64,000 nt of DNA from Candidatus Gottesmanbacteria bacterium (GCA_963711735.1 CAVQFA010000003.1:375830-439829); one strand, 5' to 3'. Shown: positions 47,781 to 58,488, counted from the first letter of the stretch. Translations and numbers: made by a program. The notes: generated from the sequence alone by a model not told the origin.

Positions 47781-47888
47781 CAGGATTTGTACGTAAAAAT
47801 CATGTTCCTTTTTTTCCTCTTAACGCTTTTTCAAATAGGTGCTTGACTCACTCATTTATTATCATCTATTCTGGATACAGGACCCGAA

Positions 47889-49646
47889 TTGGGTGTTTAT
47901 GTATTTATTATGGCTGATATAGCTGATGCGAGAAGACAGGATTTAACAGGAAGTATGCCGTCGGGGAAAACGGAATCCTCATCACCCCCTCCGCCTCCAC
48001 CGGTTCCGGATCCGATAGTAGATACACCTGTAACTACTCCACCCGTATCTCCTTCACCTGTTCAGCCACCTGTTTCTCCCCCTCCGGCTACTCCCGGACA
48101 GGATCATACTGCAGAGCTTGTTGATTCTCTTATCAAACAAACATCAGCACCTGTAGAAGAATATTCCGTTCCGGCTTCCGGTGATGTGATGAAACAACCT
48201 GCTCCTGAAGAGAAACCGGTTATACCCCCTCCGTCTCTTCCGAAAAAGAAAAAGAAACTCTCCGTTGCCGCAATGGCTGTTCTTTTCCTGCTTCTTGTGA
48301 CGACTCCGATTGCCGTATTTTTTGTATCACAACAAAGACAGATTGCAGAGACCAGAAGCAAAGCAGCGGAAGCTACAACAGGGTGTGAACAAGGGGGAAA
48401 TGGGAACTACACATGTAATTTAAAAGGTGACGGTTGTGATGATGAAGTATGGGGATGGCATGAAGGTGCATGCAATGATGGTTGTCCGATAGGACAAAGA
48501 GCGAGACAGCGATGTAACTGGAATGACGGTGATGCAGTAAAAGGTTATTCCTGCGTAGATAAAAACAGTAATGATTATAAAAATGCATGTGTCGATGTTA
48601 ATGGGAATGACCATTGGGAAAAAGATTGTAACGTTGATGCTGCGTGTGCGATAGACACTTCCAAAAAAAGCAATATTCTGACATTTGATGTCGGGAAGAC
48701 GGTTCGCCTGTATGTAAATGACCTAAATGGCGGTGTTGTATTAACGGTCACTCTTACGAATACGGGCAATCCTATGGAAGTCCGTACCTTTGTGACACGC
48801 AGGATGACCCAGTATGAAGGGTATGTATTACCGGATAAGTTTGTCGTGGGTGCAAGCAATCAGTATGAAGTGAAAGTCAGGTTTGATAAAGATACAAATG
48901 ACGGATATGGATGGAGAGATCCTGCAAGTTCCATATGCGGATGGAACGGAAACGAACAGAAAAATATAAGTTCATATCTTTCTGCTGCTCAAACCGGTAT
49001 GCAACCCTCATATCTTCCGATGTGCTGGGGGGATGCGCTTGTGAACGACCCAACGCAGGATTACGATTTCAACGATACGTTCCTTGTGTTTGGATATGAC
49101 ACATCCGTGCCAACTGTTCCTCCGACAAGACCTCCAACACCGGGAGAAACAAGAACTCCTACACCGACGCGTACGCCAACACCCAGATTTACACCGACGC
49201 GTACGCCAACACCCAGATTTACACCGACGCGTACGCCAACACCCAGATTTACACCGACGCGTACCCCGACACCCAGATTTACACCGACGAAGACTCCGAC
49301 TCCGATAAAGACTCCGACACCTGTAACCGTATCGTGTTCGAGAATCAGAATATACAAAAATGGTGTTGTTGTTCCGGCAACCGACCTTCCGAAACTGAAA
49401 GCAGGAGAAAAAATTACAATTGCAGTAAGCGGCACGAGTTCATCCTCCGTGACAAGCACAAACAGTACCGCAGTGACGAGTACGAATGTTGCGAAAGCTA
49501 GAGTGCGGGTGAACTCCGGTGCATGGACTGAAACGACAAAGAAAAACGCAAGCGGAGAATTTATTGTTGAAAACTTTACTATCCCGTCAGGAGTCAAAGA
49601 TTTTACCATTGAAGCAGAAATATATATCGCGGGAGTGTGGAAATAA
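47889..49646 (+). CDS. Pro/Thr-rich, Cys-rich membrane protein with 4x tandem [10 protein letters not shown] repeats
   Basis: N-terminal ~110 aa are Pro-rich ([34 protein letters not shown]) before a single TM. A ~280-aa Cys-rich domain follows. Then a PT linker encoded by four 30-bp DNA repeats, and a C-terminal beta domain. Confidence 0.5.
   Translation: MGVYVFIMADIADARRQDLTGSMPSGKTESSSPPPPPPVPDPIVDTPVTTPPVSPSPVQPPVSPPPATPGQDHTAELVDSLIKQTSAPVEEYSVPASGDVMKQPAPEEKPVIPPPSLPKKKKKLSVAAMAVLFLLLVTTPIAVFFVSQQRQIAETRSKAAEATTGCEQGGNGNYTCNLKGDGCDDEVWGWHEGACNDGCPIGQRARQRCNWNDGDAVKGYSCVDKNSNDYKNACVDVNGNDHWEKDCNVDAACAIDTSKKSNILTFDVGKTVRLYVNDLNGGVVLTVTLTNTGNPMEVRTFVTRRMTQYEGYVLPDKFVVGASNQYEVKVRFDKDTNDGYGWRDPASSICGWNGNEQKNISSYLSAAQTGMQPSYLPMCWGDALVNDPTQDYDFNDTFLVFGYDTSVPTVPPTRPPTPGETRTPTPTRTPTPRFTPTRTPTPRFTPTRTPTPRFTPTRTPTPRFTPTKTPTPIKTPTPVTVSCSRIRIYKNGVVVPATDLPKLKAGEKITIAVSGTSSSSVTSTNSTAVTSTNVAKARVRVNSGAWTETTKKNASGEFIVENFTIPSGVKDFTIEAEIYIAGVWK
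49161..49280. repeat. 4 x 30-bp tandem direct repeat (acaccgacgcgtacgccaacacccagattt), in-frame within the CDS
   Basis: Three perfect copies plus a fourth with 2 mismatches, read directly. They encode ([10 protein letters not shown])n. Confidence 0.9.
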
Positions 49647-49648
49647 GT

Positions 49649-50731
49649 ATGAAATTTATTCGTCAATATTGGTATGTCATAACGCTTCTTATTATTACGC
49701 TCGGCCTTGGTGTGGTTACGTATCTCACCAGCATGAAGTTATCAACGACGCGTCCTGTCGCACCTACCGCTCCTGAAATTAAACCCGAGGCGGCAGTACC
49801 GGCGTGTATTCTTAAATTTTCTCTCGCTGCACCGACTCCGACAAAAGCGCCTGTATGTTACAAACCATGTTCTACAAATGCAGACTGTGCAGCGTTTTCG
49901 TCATCATCAACAGCCGGAAGCGCATATTCTCTCGTCTGTGGTGCATACCCGTGCCCTCCTGGGGTCAGAGGGTGTATAACATCGCAGGTTTGTTATAATC
50001 CGCAATGTAAATATGAAACGGATTGTATATGCGGTGTTACACCGACTCCGACAAAAGCACCCGTCTGTTTAAGACCATGCTCAACAAATGCTGATTGTAC
50101 AGCACCTTCGGTTTCATCTGCTGCCGACACCGCGAGCTCATATGTATGCGGCCAATACCCGTGTCCACCGGGAGCCAGAGGATGTTTGACTGTTCAGGTT
50201 TGTGTTAATGCCGGCTGTACGAACGATACGGATTGTATATGCGGATTGTCACCGACACCCACACGCACACCGACTCCGACAAGAACACCCACGCCTACGG
50301 CAACTCCTTTGCCGTCTGCTACCCCGACGAATACACCGGCACCAACTCTCACGCCGCTTCCGACGTACACTCCGTATCCGACTCAAATACCTTCAACGGG
50401 AACACCGTATCCTACGTATACGCCATATCCTACCCAGGTTCCGCCGCTTGCGGCAGCAGCCGCGTCCACACCCGCTCCTTTATCCTGCAACTACACATGC
50501 AGTGTAGACGGGGATTGCAGAACGGGACTCGTGTGTTCAGGAGGTGCATGCAGAAATCCGTTATGTACGACGATAACAAACTGTACATGTGAGGTGGCAC
50601 AGGCCGGCGTTGTTCCGACTGATACACCTGTTGCAGTGCCGGAGATTCCTGTTTCCGGTGCACCGCCTATACTTGGTGCACTGGTCGTTGCCGGAGGCAT
50701 AATTCTTCTCCTCCTGGGTCTGGCGCTCTGA
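49649..50731 (+). CDS. Cys-rich secreted protein with a duplicated 8-Cys module, PT-rich linker and C-terminal TM anchor
   Basis: N-terminal TM/signal. Two homologous ~70-aa modules ([10 protein letters not shown].(K/R)PCSTNADC...YPCPPG.RGC...QVC.N..C....DCICG). Then a (TPTPTR)n linker, a third Cys module and a C-terminal TM ([20 protein letters not shown]). Confidence 0.5.
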   Translation: MKFIRQYWYVITLLIITLGLGVVTYLTSMKLSTTRPVAPTAPEIKPEAAVPACILKFSLAAPTPTKAPVCYKPCSTNADCAAFSSSSTAGSAYSLVCGAYPCPPGVRGCITSQVCYNPQCKYETDCICGVTPTPTKAPVCLRPCSTNADCTAPSVSSAADTASSYVCGQYPCPPGARGCLTVQVCVNAGCTNDTDCICGLSPTPTRTPTPTRTPTPTATPLPSATPTNTPAPTLTPLPTYTPYPTQIPSTGTPYPTYTPYPTQVPPLAAAAASTPAPLSCNYTCSVDGDCRTGLVCSGGACRNPLCTTITNCTCEVAQAGVVPTDTPVAVPEIPVSGAPPILGALVVAGGIILLLLGLAL

Positions 50732-50913
50732 TCATAATTCTTTCGGTTTATCCTTTACACCATACATTATGATTCATAAGTACCTCCCTTGTCTTCCGGT
50801 TCATCTGCCACAATATAGTGGAAGCAGGCTTTGTGGTTGTGGATAATAAGAGGGTATTACCAACCGTACATCGTGTATGTTAAAATCTCGTCCCTGATTC
50901 ATGCCAGGTTTTT

Positions 50914-52293
50914 TTATTGCCAGACAAAGACAAGGTACGTTCCGGAGAGAAGCATACAAACACCGATTATCACAAGCATTTGAAGCGGTAACTCAAATCC
51001 CGTGACCGGAGGTTCTTCTGTAGGTGTCTCAAACGGAGTTACCGCGTATGTCGGTGTCGGACTTGATGTTGCCGATATAGTAGGAGTAAGGTAGAGTGTC
51101 GGTGTGGGTGCAAGCGTTCCGGATGGAGTAGCTATTCCCAGTACCTGCGTTCCGCTTTTCAGTATTTCAAACAACCGTGTAAGGGCAACAGGTTTATTTG
51201 TTATATCAGTAGTTGTGATTGTTACGCTTTGTTTGCCGGCGGGAATGGGAGTAGTAGGTGTTACTCTCCATAAGGCGTCCTCTCCGATTGTCGCATCATA
51301 ACTAACCGGATTTTTTATTCCGACTACTATGGATATTTTCTTTCCGGGAACACCTTTTCCGCTTATCATCGGAAAATCGGTTATGAGTTTAGCGTTTTCT
51401 TCGGGTAGCGATATCGATATGGTGTACTTTTTTTTCAGAGATGCCGATTGTTGCGTTTGTTCACCAAGTACGTTTGCCCCGCCCGTACCGGAAGTGGGTG
51501 ATGCAGGCGGAACGTAAGAGAGCATAGATCCCAGACCGTTTTTCACTTCAATTTTTCGGAAATCATATGATTTCCCGATTGTCATCGCCGGAACCGGGGA
51601 ATCATTGAATGTATCCGTTTCAGCATCTGCAACATCTCCGTCATATGCAATTATTATGTGTTCATCCAAACGGTCATCGGGACTCACGTATGCGGAGAGA
51701 TCATTTGTGCGTATTTGAGAAAGAGGTATCACCCATGAACCTGTATCCTGAACAAACGTGGATAGTGTTTGGCTGTCAGGAAGAGTGAGAAATACAACTC
51801 CTCCTGAAGCAGGAGTATTTTCGGGTGTAAATGCTGTTCCGTATGCAGGTTCCAAGGAAGATTCTTCTGCAGTTTTTTCCAGTGTAACTCCTGTCCGTGC
51901 TATGATTGAGGTAGGCGATTTGTAGGGCCGGCCATTTGAATAAATAGTTATAATATAGTCAGTAGACGGACTGACGTTTCTTACAGTGACGTGATGTATT
52001 GTAAACTTCCCCAACACCTTTCCTTTGTCACGGTCGTCAAATACGCTATACGGTTTACCGCCTTTTGCTGATACGACGACTGTTCCGCTTGCGGGATCAG
52101 ACGTTTTCCAAACGACCGTAAAAGATGTGTCTGTGCTGTTTGTAATCTGAATATCCCGCGCTTCGAATGAACGGGATGCAAATGTCCGCGTCTGAACAGT
52201 ATACTGCCATGTTGCATTGAGTATGGCAACGATAGCAATGATGAGAAGAAAAGCAGGAATAGTCGGAATTTTTCTAGGGAACAACAGATTCAT
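50914..52293 (-). CDS. membrane-anchored protein with an N-terminal Fn3-like domain and a C-terminal TM; last gene of the PilN/PilO-like operon
   Basis: N-terminal TM and an Fn3-like segment (TNSTDTSFTVVWKTSDPASGTVVVS...VSPSTDYIITIYSNGRPY). PT-rich C-terminal linker and terminal TM. Its start overlaps the upstream small gene (4 nt). Confidence 0.45.
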   Translation of the reverse strand: MNLLFPRKIPTIPAFLLIIAIVAILNATWQYTVQTRTFASRSFEARDIQITNSTDTSFTVVWKTSDPASGTVVVSAKGGKPYSVFDDRDKGKVLGKFTIHHVTVRNVSPSTDYIITIYSNGRPYKSPTSIIARTGVTLEKTAEESSLEPAYGTAFTPENTPASGGVVFLTLPDSQTLSTFVQDTGSWVIPLSQIRTNDLSAYVSPDDRLDEHIIIAYDGDVADAETDTFNDSPVPAMTIGKSYDFRKIEVKNGLGSMLSYVPPASPTSGTGGANVLGEQTQQSASLKKKYTISISLPEENAKLITDFPMISGKGVPGKKISIVVGIKNPVSYDATIGEDALWRVTPTTPIPAGKQSVTITTTDITNKPVALTRLFEILKSGTQVLGIATPSGTLAPTPTLYLTPTISATSSPTPTYAVTPFETPTEEPPVTGFELPLQMLVIIGVCMLLSGTYLVFVWQ

Positions 52294-52487
52294 CGATATT
52301 CGCTCCTTTGTTCCAGTTTGGTGAATACTGTTCTGTCAATTTTTATTTCAATCGGTGTTAATTGTTGACGCAAAGATGCCTCTACTGTAGACGTTTTGAC
52401 TGCCTGCAGGAGATCAATGAGTATCCATGTAAATACTGTTATGAATGTGAACATTGCGATTAGTACGAGGTCACGGTCATTGTTCAT
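52290..52487 (-). CDS. hypothetical small single-TM protein (65 aa)
   Basis: One TM (LVLIAMFTFITVFTWILIDL), coupled to both flanking genes in the operon. Confidence 0.3.
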   Translation of the reverse strand: MNNDRDLVLIAMFTFITVFTWILIDLLQAVKTSTVEASLRQQLTPIEIKIDRTVFTKLEQRSEYR

Positions 52488-52496
52488 AAGTCCTTT

Positions 52497-53159
52497 CTAC
52501 CTTGGCTGATAATACGATTTTACGGATAGTGCCATAGTCAATTGATCTTCATTTGATGTCGGATTTGATTCTGATGAACGTGATGCCGGTTGGATTGTAA
52601 TGGATTGGATTGTTATTATACGCCGCATATTAGCAATACCAAAAAGTATATTTTCGAGCGTGCTATAGGGTCCTGTTATGGATAAGGTCAAAGTGAAGTC
52701 CCGCGGTTGTGTGTTGACGGAAGCATTTGCCGTCTTGGTGACCGGGTTAGACAATGGAATTTTTGATACAGACAGACTGTTGAGAGATCCTCCTGAGTTC
52801 GCAATAAGTGTCTGCAGTTGTGAAACAACATCAGTAGGATTAGTATCCTCCGGTATAGCTGCCGATAACAGAGGAAGCAGCGGTTGGATTTCCTGATACA
52901 GATTCTGAGCATCAATAAGGACTGCAATTTTTTGTTCCATCTGTTGGTTTACGATCGTTTTGTCTGCAATCTCCCGTTTGAGGGTAAGGATAGTTTGTAT
53001 TGTTGGCCGTACGGCATACCATCCAAAAAGCGATATGGCAAGAAATGAAAAGATCACGGCGGTATATGACCGGTTTTGTTCTTTCTCAAACATCGGTCCT
53101 ACGGATTTATAATATTTCCGGAATTCTTTAAACTGATTTTTAGCTTTGTTTGTATCCAT
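52497..53159 (-). CDS. PilO-like type IV pilus/T2SS inner-membrane assembly protein
   Basis: Short cytoplasmic N-terminus, one TM, coiled coil (IQTILTLKREIADKTIVNQQMEQKIAVLIDAQN) and a C-terminal alpha/beta core. Immediately downstream of the PilN-like gene. Confidence 0.4.
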   Translation of the reverse strand: MDTNKAKNQFKEFRKYYKSVGPMFEKEQNRSYTAVIFSFLAISLFGWYAVRPTIQTILTLKREIADKTIVNQQMEQKIAVLIDAQNLYQEIQPLLPLLSAAIPEDTNPTDVVSQLQTLIANSGGSLNSLSVSKIPLSNPVTKTANASVNTQPRDFTLTLSITGPYSTLENILFGIANMRRIITIQSITIQPASRSSESNPTSNEDQLTMALSVKSYYQPR

Positions 53160-53163
53160 GTTG

Positions 53164-53754
53164 TTATTCTAACGACTCCTCTTTTACTGCGGCTTTTTTT
53201 ATTGGTTTTTCTTCCGGTTTTCCCGTGCGGGTAGATATGGTAAACATAATTCCCTCAGGTGCTTTCCGGTTGATTTCTCCGACTTCTGTCGTTGATAGTA
53301 TCGGTGACTGTTTCAGATTATTGAGAAAAGCCGTAAATCCTTCATTTGTTGCTGCCGTTACGTTTGCGGTGAGACGTTCCTTTGTGAGATTAAAAGTGGT
53401 GAGATATACATCCAGCGGGAGAATTGTTTTCACATGTGTGAATATCCCGACCAGTTTTGTTTGTTCATCCATAAGTTTTTTTATCGTGACGACTTTATTC
53501 TGTACAACTTTAAAGTCATTTTCAAACTGCTGGTTTACCTCAATGATTGATTTTTTCTGTTCGATAGCCTCATTCAAATCCGTCATTTTTCTGTCGAGAC
53601 TGAAGCGGGATATGAATGCCAAAAGAACGACAATTTCTGTCGTTATCATGATATACCTGCCATACGTTATTGCCCACGAGACTATACGCCCGATGGGCGA
53701 CTGGTCGCTTTCTTCGGTATGCAGAAGGTTTACTGATACGGAACTGGCAGGCAT
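53164..53754 (-). CDS. PilN-like type IV pilus assembly protein
   Basis: N-terminal VNLLH, resembling the conserved PilN INLLP PilM-binding motif. TM at residues ~35-55, then coiled coil and a C-terminal ferredoxin-like region. No pilM in the window. Confidence 0.45.
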   Translation of the reverse strand: MPASSVSVNLLHTEESDQSPIGRIVSWAITYGRYIMITTEIVVLLAFISRFSLDRKMTDLNEAIEQKKSIIEVNQQFENDFKVVQNKVVTIKKLMDEQTKLVGIFTHVKTILPLDVYLTTFNLTKERLTANVTAATNEGFTAFLNNLKQSPILSTTEVGEINRKAPEGIMFTISTRTGKPEEKPIKKAAVKEESLE

Positions 53755-53894
53755 AAAGATAATTTATTTATATATAAACACCCGGAAAATAAACCGGTAT
53801 AACATTAGTATAGCAGTCCAAAAAGCGGTGAAAAGAGGTCAAACACATACCTATATATATAGAACAATTGCGGGGAAAAAAGAGGGGAACCTTT

Positions 53895-54134
53895 TTATTT
53901 TTTCTGCAGAAGCTTCGCGAGACGGGATTTGAGACGTGCAGCTTTATTTTTATGGATAGTATTTGTTTTTGCTGCTTTATCCAGGATGCTATAGGTTTCA
54001 GGTAAAATTTTCTTATCCGGCTTACTGCGGAATATTTTAACCTTCATGCGGACTTTTTTCCGCATTACAGCATTCACACGCGTAATATGCTTGTCATGTC
54101 GTAGTTTTTTTTCCGCCTGTTTTGTGATTGGCAT
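53895..54134 (-). CDS. rpsT: 30S ribosomal protein S20
   Basis: 79 aa, basic, with S20 family strings (MPITKQAEKKLRHDKHITRVNAVMRKKVR...IHKNKAARLKSRLAKLL). Confidence 0.8.
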   Translation of the reverse strand: MPITKQAEKKLRHDKHITRVNAVMRKKVRMKVKIFRSKPDKKILPETYSILDKAAKTNTIHKNKAARLKSRLAKLLQKK

Positions 54135-54296
54135 ACTGCCGAAGTATACCTAATTGCATCTGTTCGCGTCAAGCACATGTAGGGTATAATAACAGTACTT
54201 TCATAATATGGATGTTTGTCCTGTTGGATTTTTCGTAGTATTTGTATCAGGGAAATGAAGCTTACTAAGTGGTGAGCACTCAGTCTTTAGTGTCTT

Positions 54297-55943
54297 ATGA
54301 GTAAAGCTTTTGGATTTTTTACGAAAAAACAGAACTCAATGAGTTCTGCTGCATTTATTCTCATGATAATGGTCGTTGCATCCGGATTATTAGGACTTGT
54401 CCGTCTTCGTATTCTCTATGACCGCTTTACTCCCGACCAAACCGGTGTGTTTTTTGCAGCCTTCCGGATACCGAATCTTTTATTTGAGTTTTTGGCGATG
54501 GGCACTGTCACTACAGCATTCATTCCGGTGTTTACAAAGTTTTTATCACAGGGAAGAGAAAAGACCGGTCAGGTTATGGCGTCGGTCGTCATTAATATAA
54601 CGGTTATCGTACTCGGAATCATCCTTATACCCGTACTTATCTGGACACCGGAAATATCACGGTTGTTCGCTCCCGGATTTTCTGAGGCGGAAATTATCCA
54701 AATGACGTCGTTTACACGGATTATGGTTGTATTGCAGGTAGTACCGCTCATCATCGGAAATTTTTTAACCGGAATGTTACAGTCATACAACTTTTTCATT
54801 ATCCCCGCCATGGCTCCGGTTCTCTATAACATCGGTATGATTATCGGCGTACTTCTGTTGTCTCCGTCTATGGGACTTATGTCAGCTGTAGCCGGAGTCG
54901 GAATCGGAGCGGGTCTGTTTATGCTTGTCCAGATACCTCTTATCGTTCATCTGGGATATAAACACGTATTTTCCCGATCACTCCGTACTGAAGGGGTATC
55001 GGACGTTATAAAACTTATGATTCCGCGTATGGTGGGTTTAGGGGCATCACAAATAGATGTGAGTATTGATCTTATGCTTTCGAGTCTGCTTGGCGCTAAA
55101 ATGGTTACGGTATTTTTTCTCGCACAAAGCCTGCAACAGCTACCTGTACGTTTGTTCGGATATACCATTTCTCAGGCAGCATTGCCGACGCTTTCAAACG
55201 CATCAGCTTCCAATAAATATCATGAATTTACCCAGTCAATCTTAAAAGCATACCAGATGATTATATTTCTCATTATACCGGCATCTGCCTTTTTTATCGT
55301 TCTAAGGACGCCTCTTGTCCGTTTGATTTTCGGTGCATCCATGTTTGATTGGGAAGCTACGGTTTTGACGGCATATACGCTTTCCTGGTTTTCAGTGTCT
55401 CTTGTTGCTCAGGCAATCAGTCAGGTTTTTATACGGGGATTTTATGCTCTGTATGACAGTAAAACACCTGTTACGGTGAGTTTAATTACAATCGGTGTAA
55501 ATGCAGTTCTTTCAAGCGTTTTCATTCTTGTTTATCATATGCCCGTATGGTCCTTAGCGCTTTCCTCTACATGCGCGAGCATACTTAATGCTGTTTTATT
55601 GCTTATTCTTCTGTTCAGAAGGTTAGGCACCATATCCCTGAGGGAGATTATGCTTATGCCTGTCAAAATGGGAATAGCGGGTTTTGTAAGTGCCGTTGTG
55701 ATGTTTATATGTATGAAAATATTTGATCAGTTGGTATTTGATACAACGCGGGTTTTCGGACTTATACTGCTGACCGGAGTCGTTGGAGTTTTAGGATTGT
55801 CCGTCTATGTATTTCTCGCGTGGGTATTCAATGTCACGGAAGTTCTTACATTCATGCGCTTTATTGATCGGGTTAAACAACTTCGATCACTTCTCATGAC
55901 TGCAAACAGGCAGATTCCCGAAGATTTGAAAGAATCGGGATAG
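54297..55943 (+). CDS. murJ: lipid II flippase MurJ (MviN)
   Basis: 14-TM MOP-family protein with the MurJ N-terminal signature (FFAAFRIPNLLFEFLAMGTVTTAFIPVFTK). A TATAAT -10 lies at ~54185-54190 upstream. Confidence 0.8.
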   Translation: MSKAFGFFTKKQNSMSSAAFILMIMVVASGLLGLVRLRILYDRFTPDQTGVFFAAFRIPNLLFEFLAMGTVTTAFIPVFTKFLSQGREKTGQVMASVVINITVIVLGIILIPVLIWTPEISRLFAPGFSEAEIIQMTSFTRIMVVLQVVPLIIGNFLTGMLQSYNFFIIPAMAPVLYNIGMIIGVLLLSPSMGLMSAVAGVGIGAGLFMLVQIPLIVHLGYKHVFSRSLRTEGVSDVIKLMIPRMVGLGASQIDVSIDLMLSSLLGAKMVTVFFLAQSLQQLPVRLFGYTISQAALPTLSNASASNKYHEFTQSILKAYQMIIFLIIPASAFFIVLRTPLVRLIFGASMFDWEATVLTAYTLSWFSVSLVAQAISQVFIRGFYALYDSKTPVTVSLITIGVNAVLSSVFILVYHMPVWSLALSSTCASILNAVLLLILLFRRLGTISLREIMLMPVKMGIAGFVSAVVMFICMKIFDQLVFDTTRVFGLILLTGVVGVLGLSVYVFLAWVFNVTEVLTFMRFIDRVKQLRSLLMTANRQIPEDLKESG

Positions 55944-55944
55944 T

Positions 55945-57375
55945 TTACTGCTTCGTCACTTCAAGAATCGCAATGTTCTGCGGAGACATACAGATCTGTT
56001 TGGTAAATGCGGTACCGGTAAGAGTTTCTTTATTTCCCAGTTGTGCGTTTCTGGGTGGCGGATTATCCCGTGAGCAACCAGCCTGATAGAGATATTTCAC
56101 TTTCCAGACATATTCACCGGGGTCCATATTCATAATTGTGACAGGAACAGTTTCAAGGTGTGTTCCTCTTGTATCAAAATTGATAAGCATCAGTCTGATC
56201 GTCCGGTCGTCGTTGGTTGCAAATCCCGTTACCCATGAACCCTCTCCGCTCACCGAGAGAAGTTGTCCTGACATTGTATCGATAAAATTATACACATAGT
56301 ATCGGGGAGACAGCTTTATCCCCGCAGATTCATGCGATATAAGTCCCCATCCGCCGGCATTTTCCTGACCCGGTCCGTCTTTGAGTTCAAAAGAAAATAT
56401 ATACTTCGGCCCGCCGACGGCCAGTTGCCGTATAACCGCTGCAGTATGTGCTGCCGCGTATTGTGTCTTGTAGAGTTTGTTTTTTCCGCCGTCAAATCCG
56501 AATTCCGTAATCATTGTCGGTTTCAGGACGTGTTGGGGAAATTTTATAAGCACGCTCATGAGGTTAGCCTGATCCGTTTTAAACCGGACAGGATCAGCAA
56601 GATATGAATGCCAGGAAAAGAAATCGACGCGCATCCCGCTTGCAGCAAGAGCACGGATCCAAGCCGGATACATGCCTGTTGTTGCCGGTCCGCCGAAAGA
56701 AAACGGCAGCGTTCCTTTTGCATTTCTTGCTCCGTTTGCGGCGTACCGGTACAGAGTCAGATAGTTTTTGTCACCTTGGTATTTCCATCCGCCGAACTGT
56801 GCAAGGTCCGGTTCGTTCCATACTTCGTAATACATCCCTGATATGCGTTTTGTACCGCTGTAGTGTTCTATAGTTCTTTGCACAACAAGCGCCCAATCAT
56901 TCCAATCGTTTGGCGGATTTATGACGCTTCCGTCTTTTGCAATAACAGACGGCATATACGAAAGGGCAAGCATCGGTTTTGCACCGCTTGCAAGTATGGT
57001 ATTAACTGCACCGTCTAATCGGGAAAAATCAAATGATAAGTTTCCGCTTGATCCGGATACTACATTGAAATGATCATATATATGGTCTATACGGATGAGT
57101 CGGGGTTTCAGTCCTTTTACCTGTGTAAGAACCGGGCTGATCATATCAGCAGATTCTTCACCGCCCTGAGCAAATGCACGGTACTGGTCAGTATTGAAAG
57201 GACCGATAATAGTTTTTGCGTCAACAACAATATTTGCCGGTTTACCGCTTGCTTTCATAAACCATACGGTTGCCGTAAATGCACCATAGAGAAGAAACGG
57301 GAGGAAAAAAATAAGAACGATCATGTTAAAAACAGAAATAAATTTTCCGGAAATATTTCCCGTCGGTGAAATCAT
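55945..57375 (-). CDS. membrane-anchored clan GH-A glycoside hydrolase (GH39/GH5-like)
   Basis: N-terminal TM, (beta/alpha)8-type sequence with the acid/base motif YYEVWNEPD and a downstream Glu context (ITEFG). 476 aa. Confidence 0.55.
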   Translation of the reverse strand: MISPTGNISGKFISVFNMIVLIFFLPFLLYGAFTATVWFMKASGKPANIVVDAKTIIGPFNTDQYRAFAQGGEESADMISPVLTQVKGLKPRLIRIDHIYDHFNVVSGSSGNLSFDFSRLDGAVNTILASGAKPMLALSYMPSVIAKDGSVINPPNDWNDWALVVQRTIEHYSGTKRISGMYYEVWNEPDLAQFGGWKYQGDKNYLTLYRYAANGARNAKGTLPFSFGGPATTGMYPAWIRALAASGMRVDFFSWHSYLADPVRFKTDQANLMSVLIKFPQHVLKPTMITEFGFDGGKNKLYKTQYAAAHTAAVIRQLAVGGPKYIFSFELKDGPGQENAGGWGLISHESAGIKLSPRYYVYNFIDTMSGQLLSVSGEGSWVTGFATNDDRTIRLMLINFDTRGTHLETVPVTIMNMDPGEYVWKVKYLYQAGCSRDNPPPRNAQLGNKETLTGTAFTKQICMSPQNIAILEVTKQ

Positions 57376-58424
57376 ATGCGTCTCCTTGTAGATGTTGCCG
57401 GTGCGATTGCAATTCCCGCCAGTATAAGGATAAACCCGATAATACCTATACTATATGTAATTTCAACAGTGCCTGCAACAGGAGTGGCGCTTTCGCTTGC
57501 CGTCTGATCTTCACCGGCAATGACAAAAGAAACAGAAGCAGTATACGTTGTTTCTCCCGCCGGGTCCTGTGCTGAAATTGTCAGATCATGGGGTCCGCTT
57601 TCCAGGTCAACCTGGGGAGTGTACGTCCAGGATCCTGTTGCACTGGCGCTTGCAACATCAGTTATCGTCTCAGGATAGATAGTGAACGTTACGGTTGAGT
57701 TGGGAGGAGCAGTACCCCGCATGGTAGGTGTCGTCGTATACAGCATTTGATTAGCCGTAGGATAAGTTATTGTCGCGCGGGCATTTGCAGTTCCGGTGGG
57801 GGTGGGTGTCACAGTTGCGGATCCCGGACGTGGTGTCGGTGTGCGTGTGGGAGTTATATTTGACAGCGGAGTCGGAGTTGCGGTCGGAAGAGTCCCGCCT
57901 CCGGAGTCGGTAATTGTAATTCTCGCCGGGGTAGATCCGATCAGCACATTTGCGGCTTCTCTGGATGCTGCTACATACGTCGGTTCGGTAAATTGTACTA
58001 CAACAGGTGATGAGGACGGAGCGAGAGCCTTTAATTTTATTGTTATCACAGTACCTTCTCCGGTAAAGAGTGATGTGCTGTCGAGAGCTCCGACCATGAT
58101 GGACATTTTCCCGGGCTCCACAACGCCGGGTCGGAAAATACTTGGAAATATCGAACCGTTTACGATGCTTACGCCTTCCAGTTTGGTCTGATCGTATGTA
58201 ATATATAAATCCGCCACAAGGACTGCGTTTTCACCCGTATTTATGACAACATCCAAGGTTACCGTTTCACCGACTTTTTTTGTCGCTGTAGCAGGGCGCA
58301 GAACGAGTGTCGTTGCGGGTGCTGCTTTACTTCGGATATCCTGTCTTTGCGACAGGACGAAAAACGTGACCGGGATGGCAAGCAGAGTAATAATTCCGGC
58401 AACAATAAGCAGGACTTTTTTCAT
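57372..58424 (-). CDS. surface protein: N-terminal TM, cohesin/Ig-like beta domain, PT-rich linker, C-terminal TM
   Basis: Coupled to the GH gene by a 4-nt overlap. Beta-sandwich-like domain (ATTLVLRPATATKKVGETVTLDVVINTGENAVLVADLYITYD), a [19 protein letters not shown] linker, and a C-terminal TM. Confidence 0.45.
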   Translation of the reverse strand: MKKVLLIVAGIITLLAIPVTFFVLSQRQDIRSKAAPATTLVLRPATATKKVGETVTLDVVINTGENAVLVADLYITYDQTKLEGVSIVNGSIFPSIFRPGVVEPGKMSIMVGALDSTSLFTGEGTVITIKLKALAPSSSPVVVQFTEPTYVAASREAANVLIGSTPARITITDSGGGTLPTATPTPLSNITPTRTPTPRPGSATVTPTPTGTANARATITYPTANQMLYTTTPTMRGTAPPNSTVTFTIYPETITDVASASATGSWTYTPQVDLESGPHDLTISAQDPAGETTYTASVSFVIAGEDQTASESATPVAGTVEITYSIGIIGFILILAGIAIAPATSTRRRI

Positions 58425-58488
58425 GCTATATCTATTATTGCTATGTTTTGTGCCAATTAGCAAGGGTTTAATTCATTAAACACGGATC

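Noticed and set aside
49161-49280. Tandem 30-bp repeats considered as a possible CRISPR array
   Set aside because: The repeats are contiguous with no spacers, are in-frame inside a CDS and encode a TPTPRF linker. No cas genes are present in the window.
54255-54292. Possible second CIRCE-like element (GAGCACTC...) in the murJ/rpsT divergent region
   Set aside because: Only one half-site resembles CIRCE (7/8). No matching inverted partner at 9-nt spacing.
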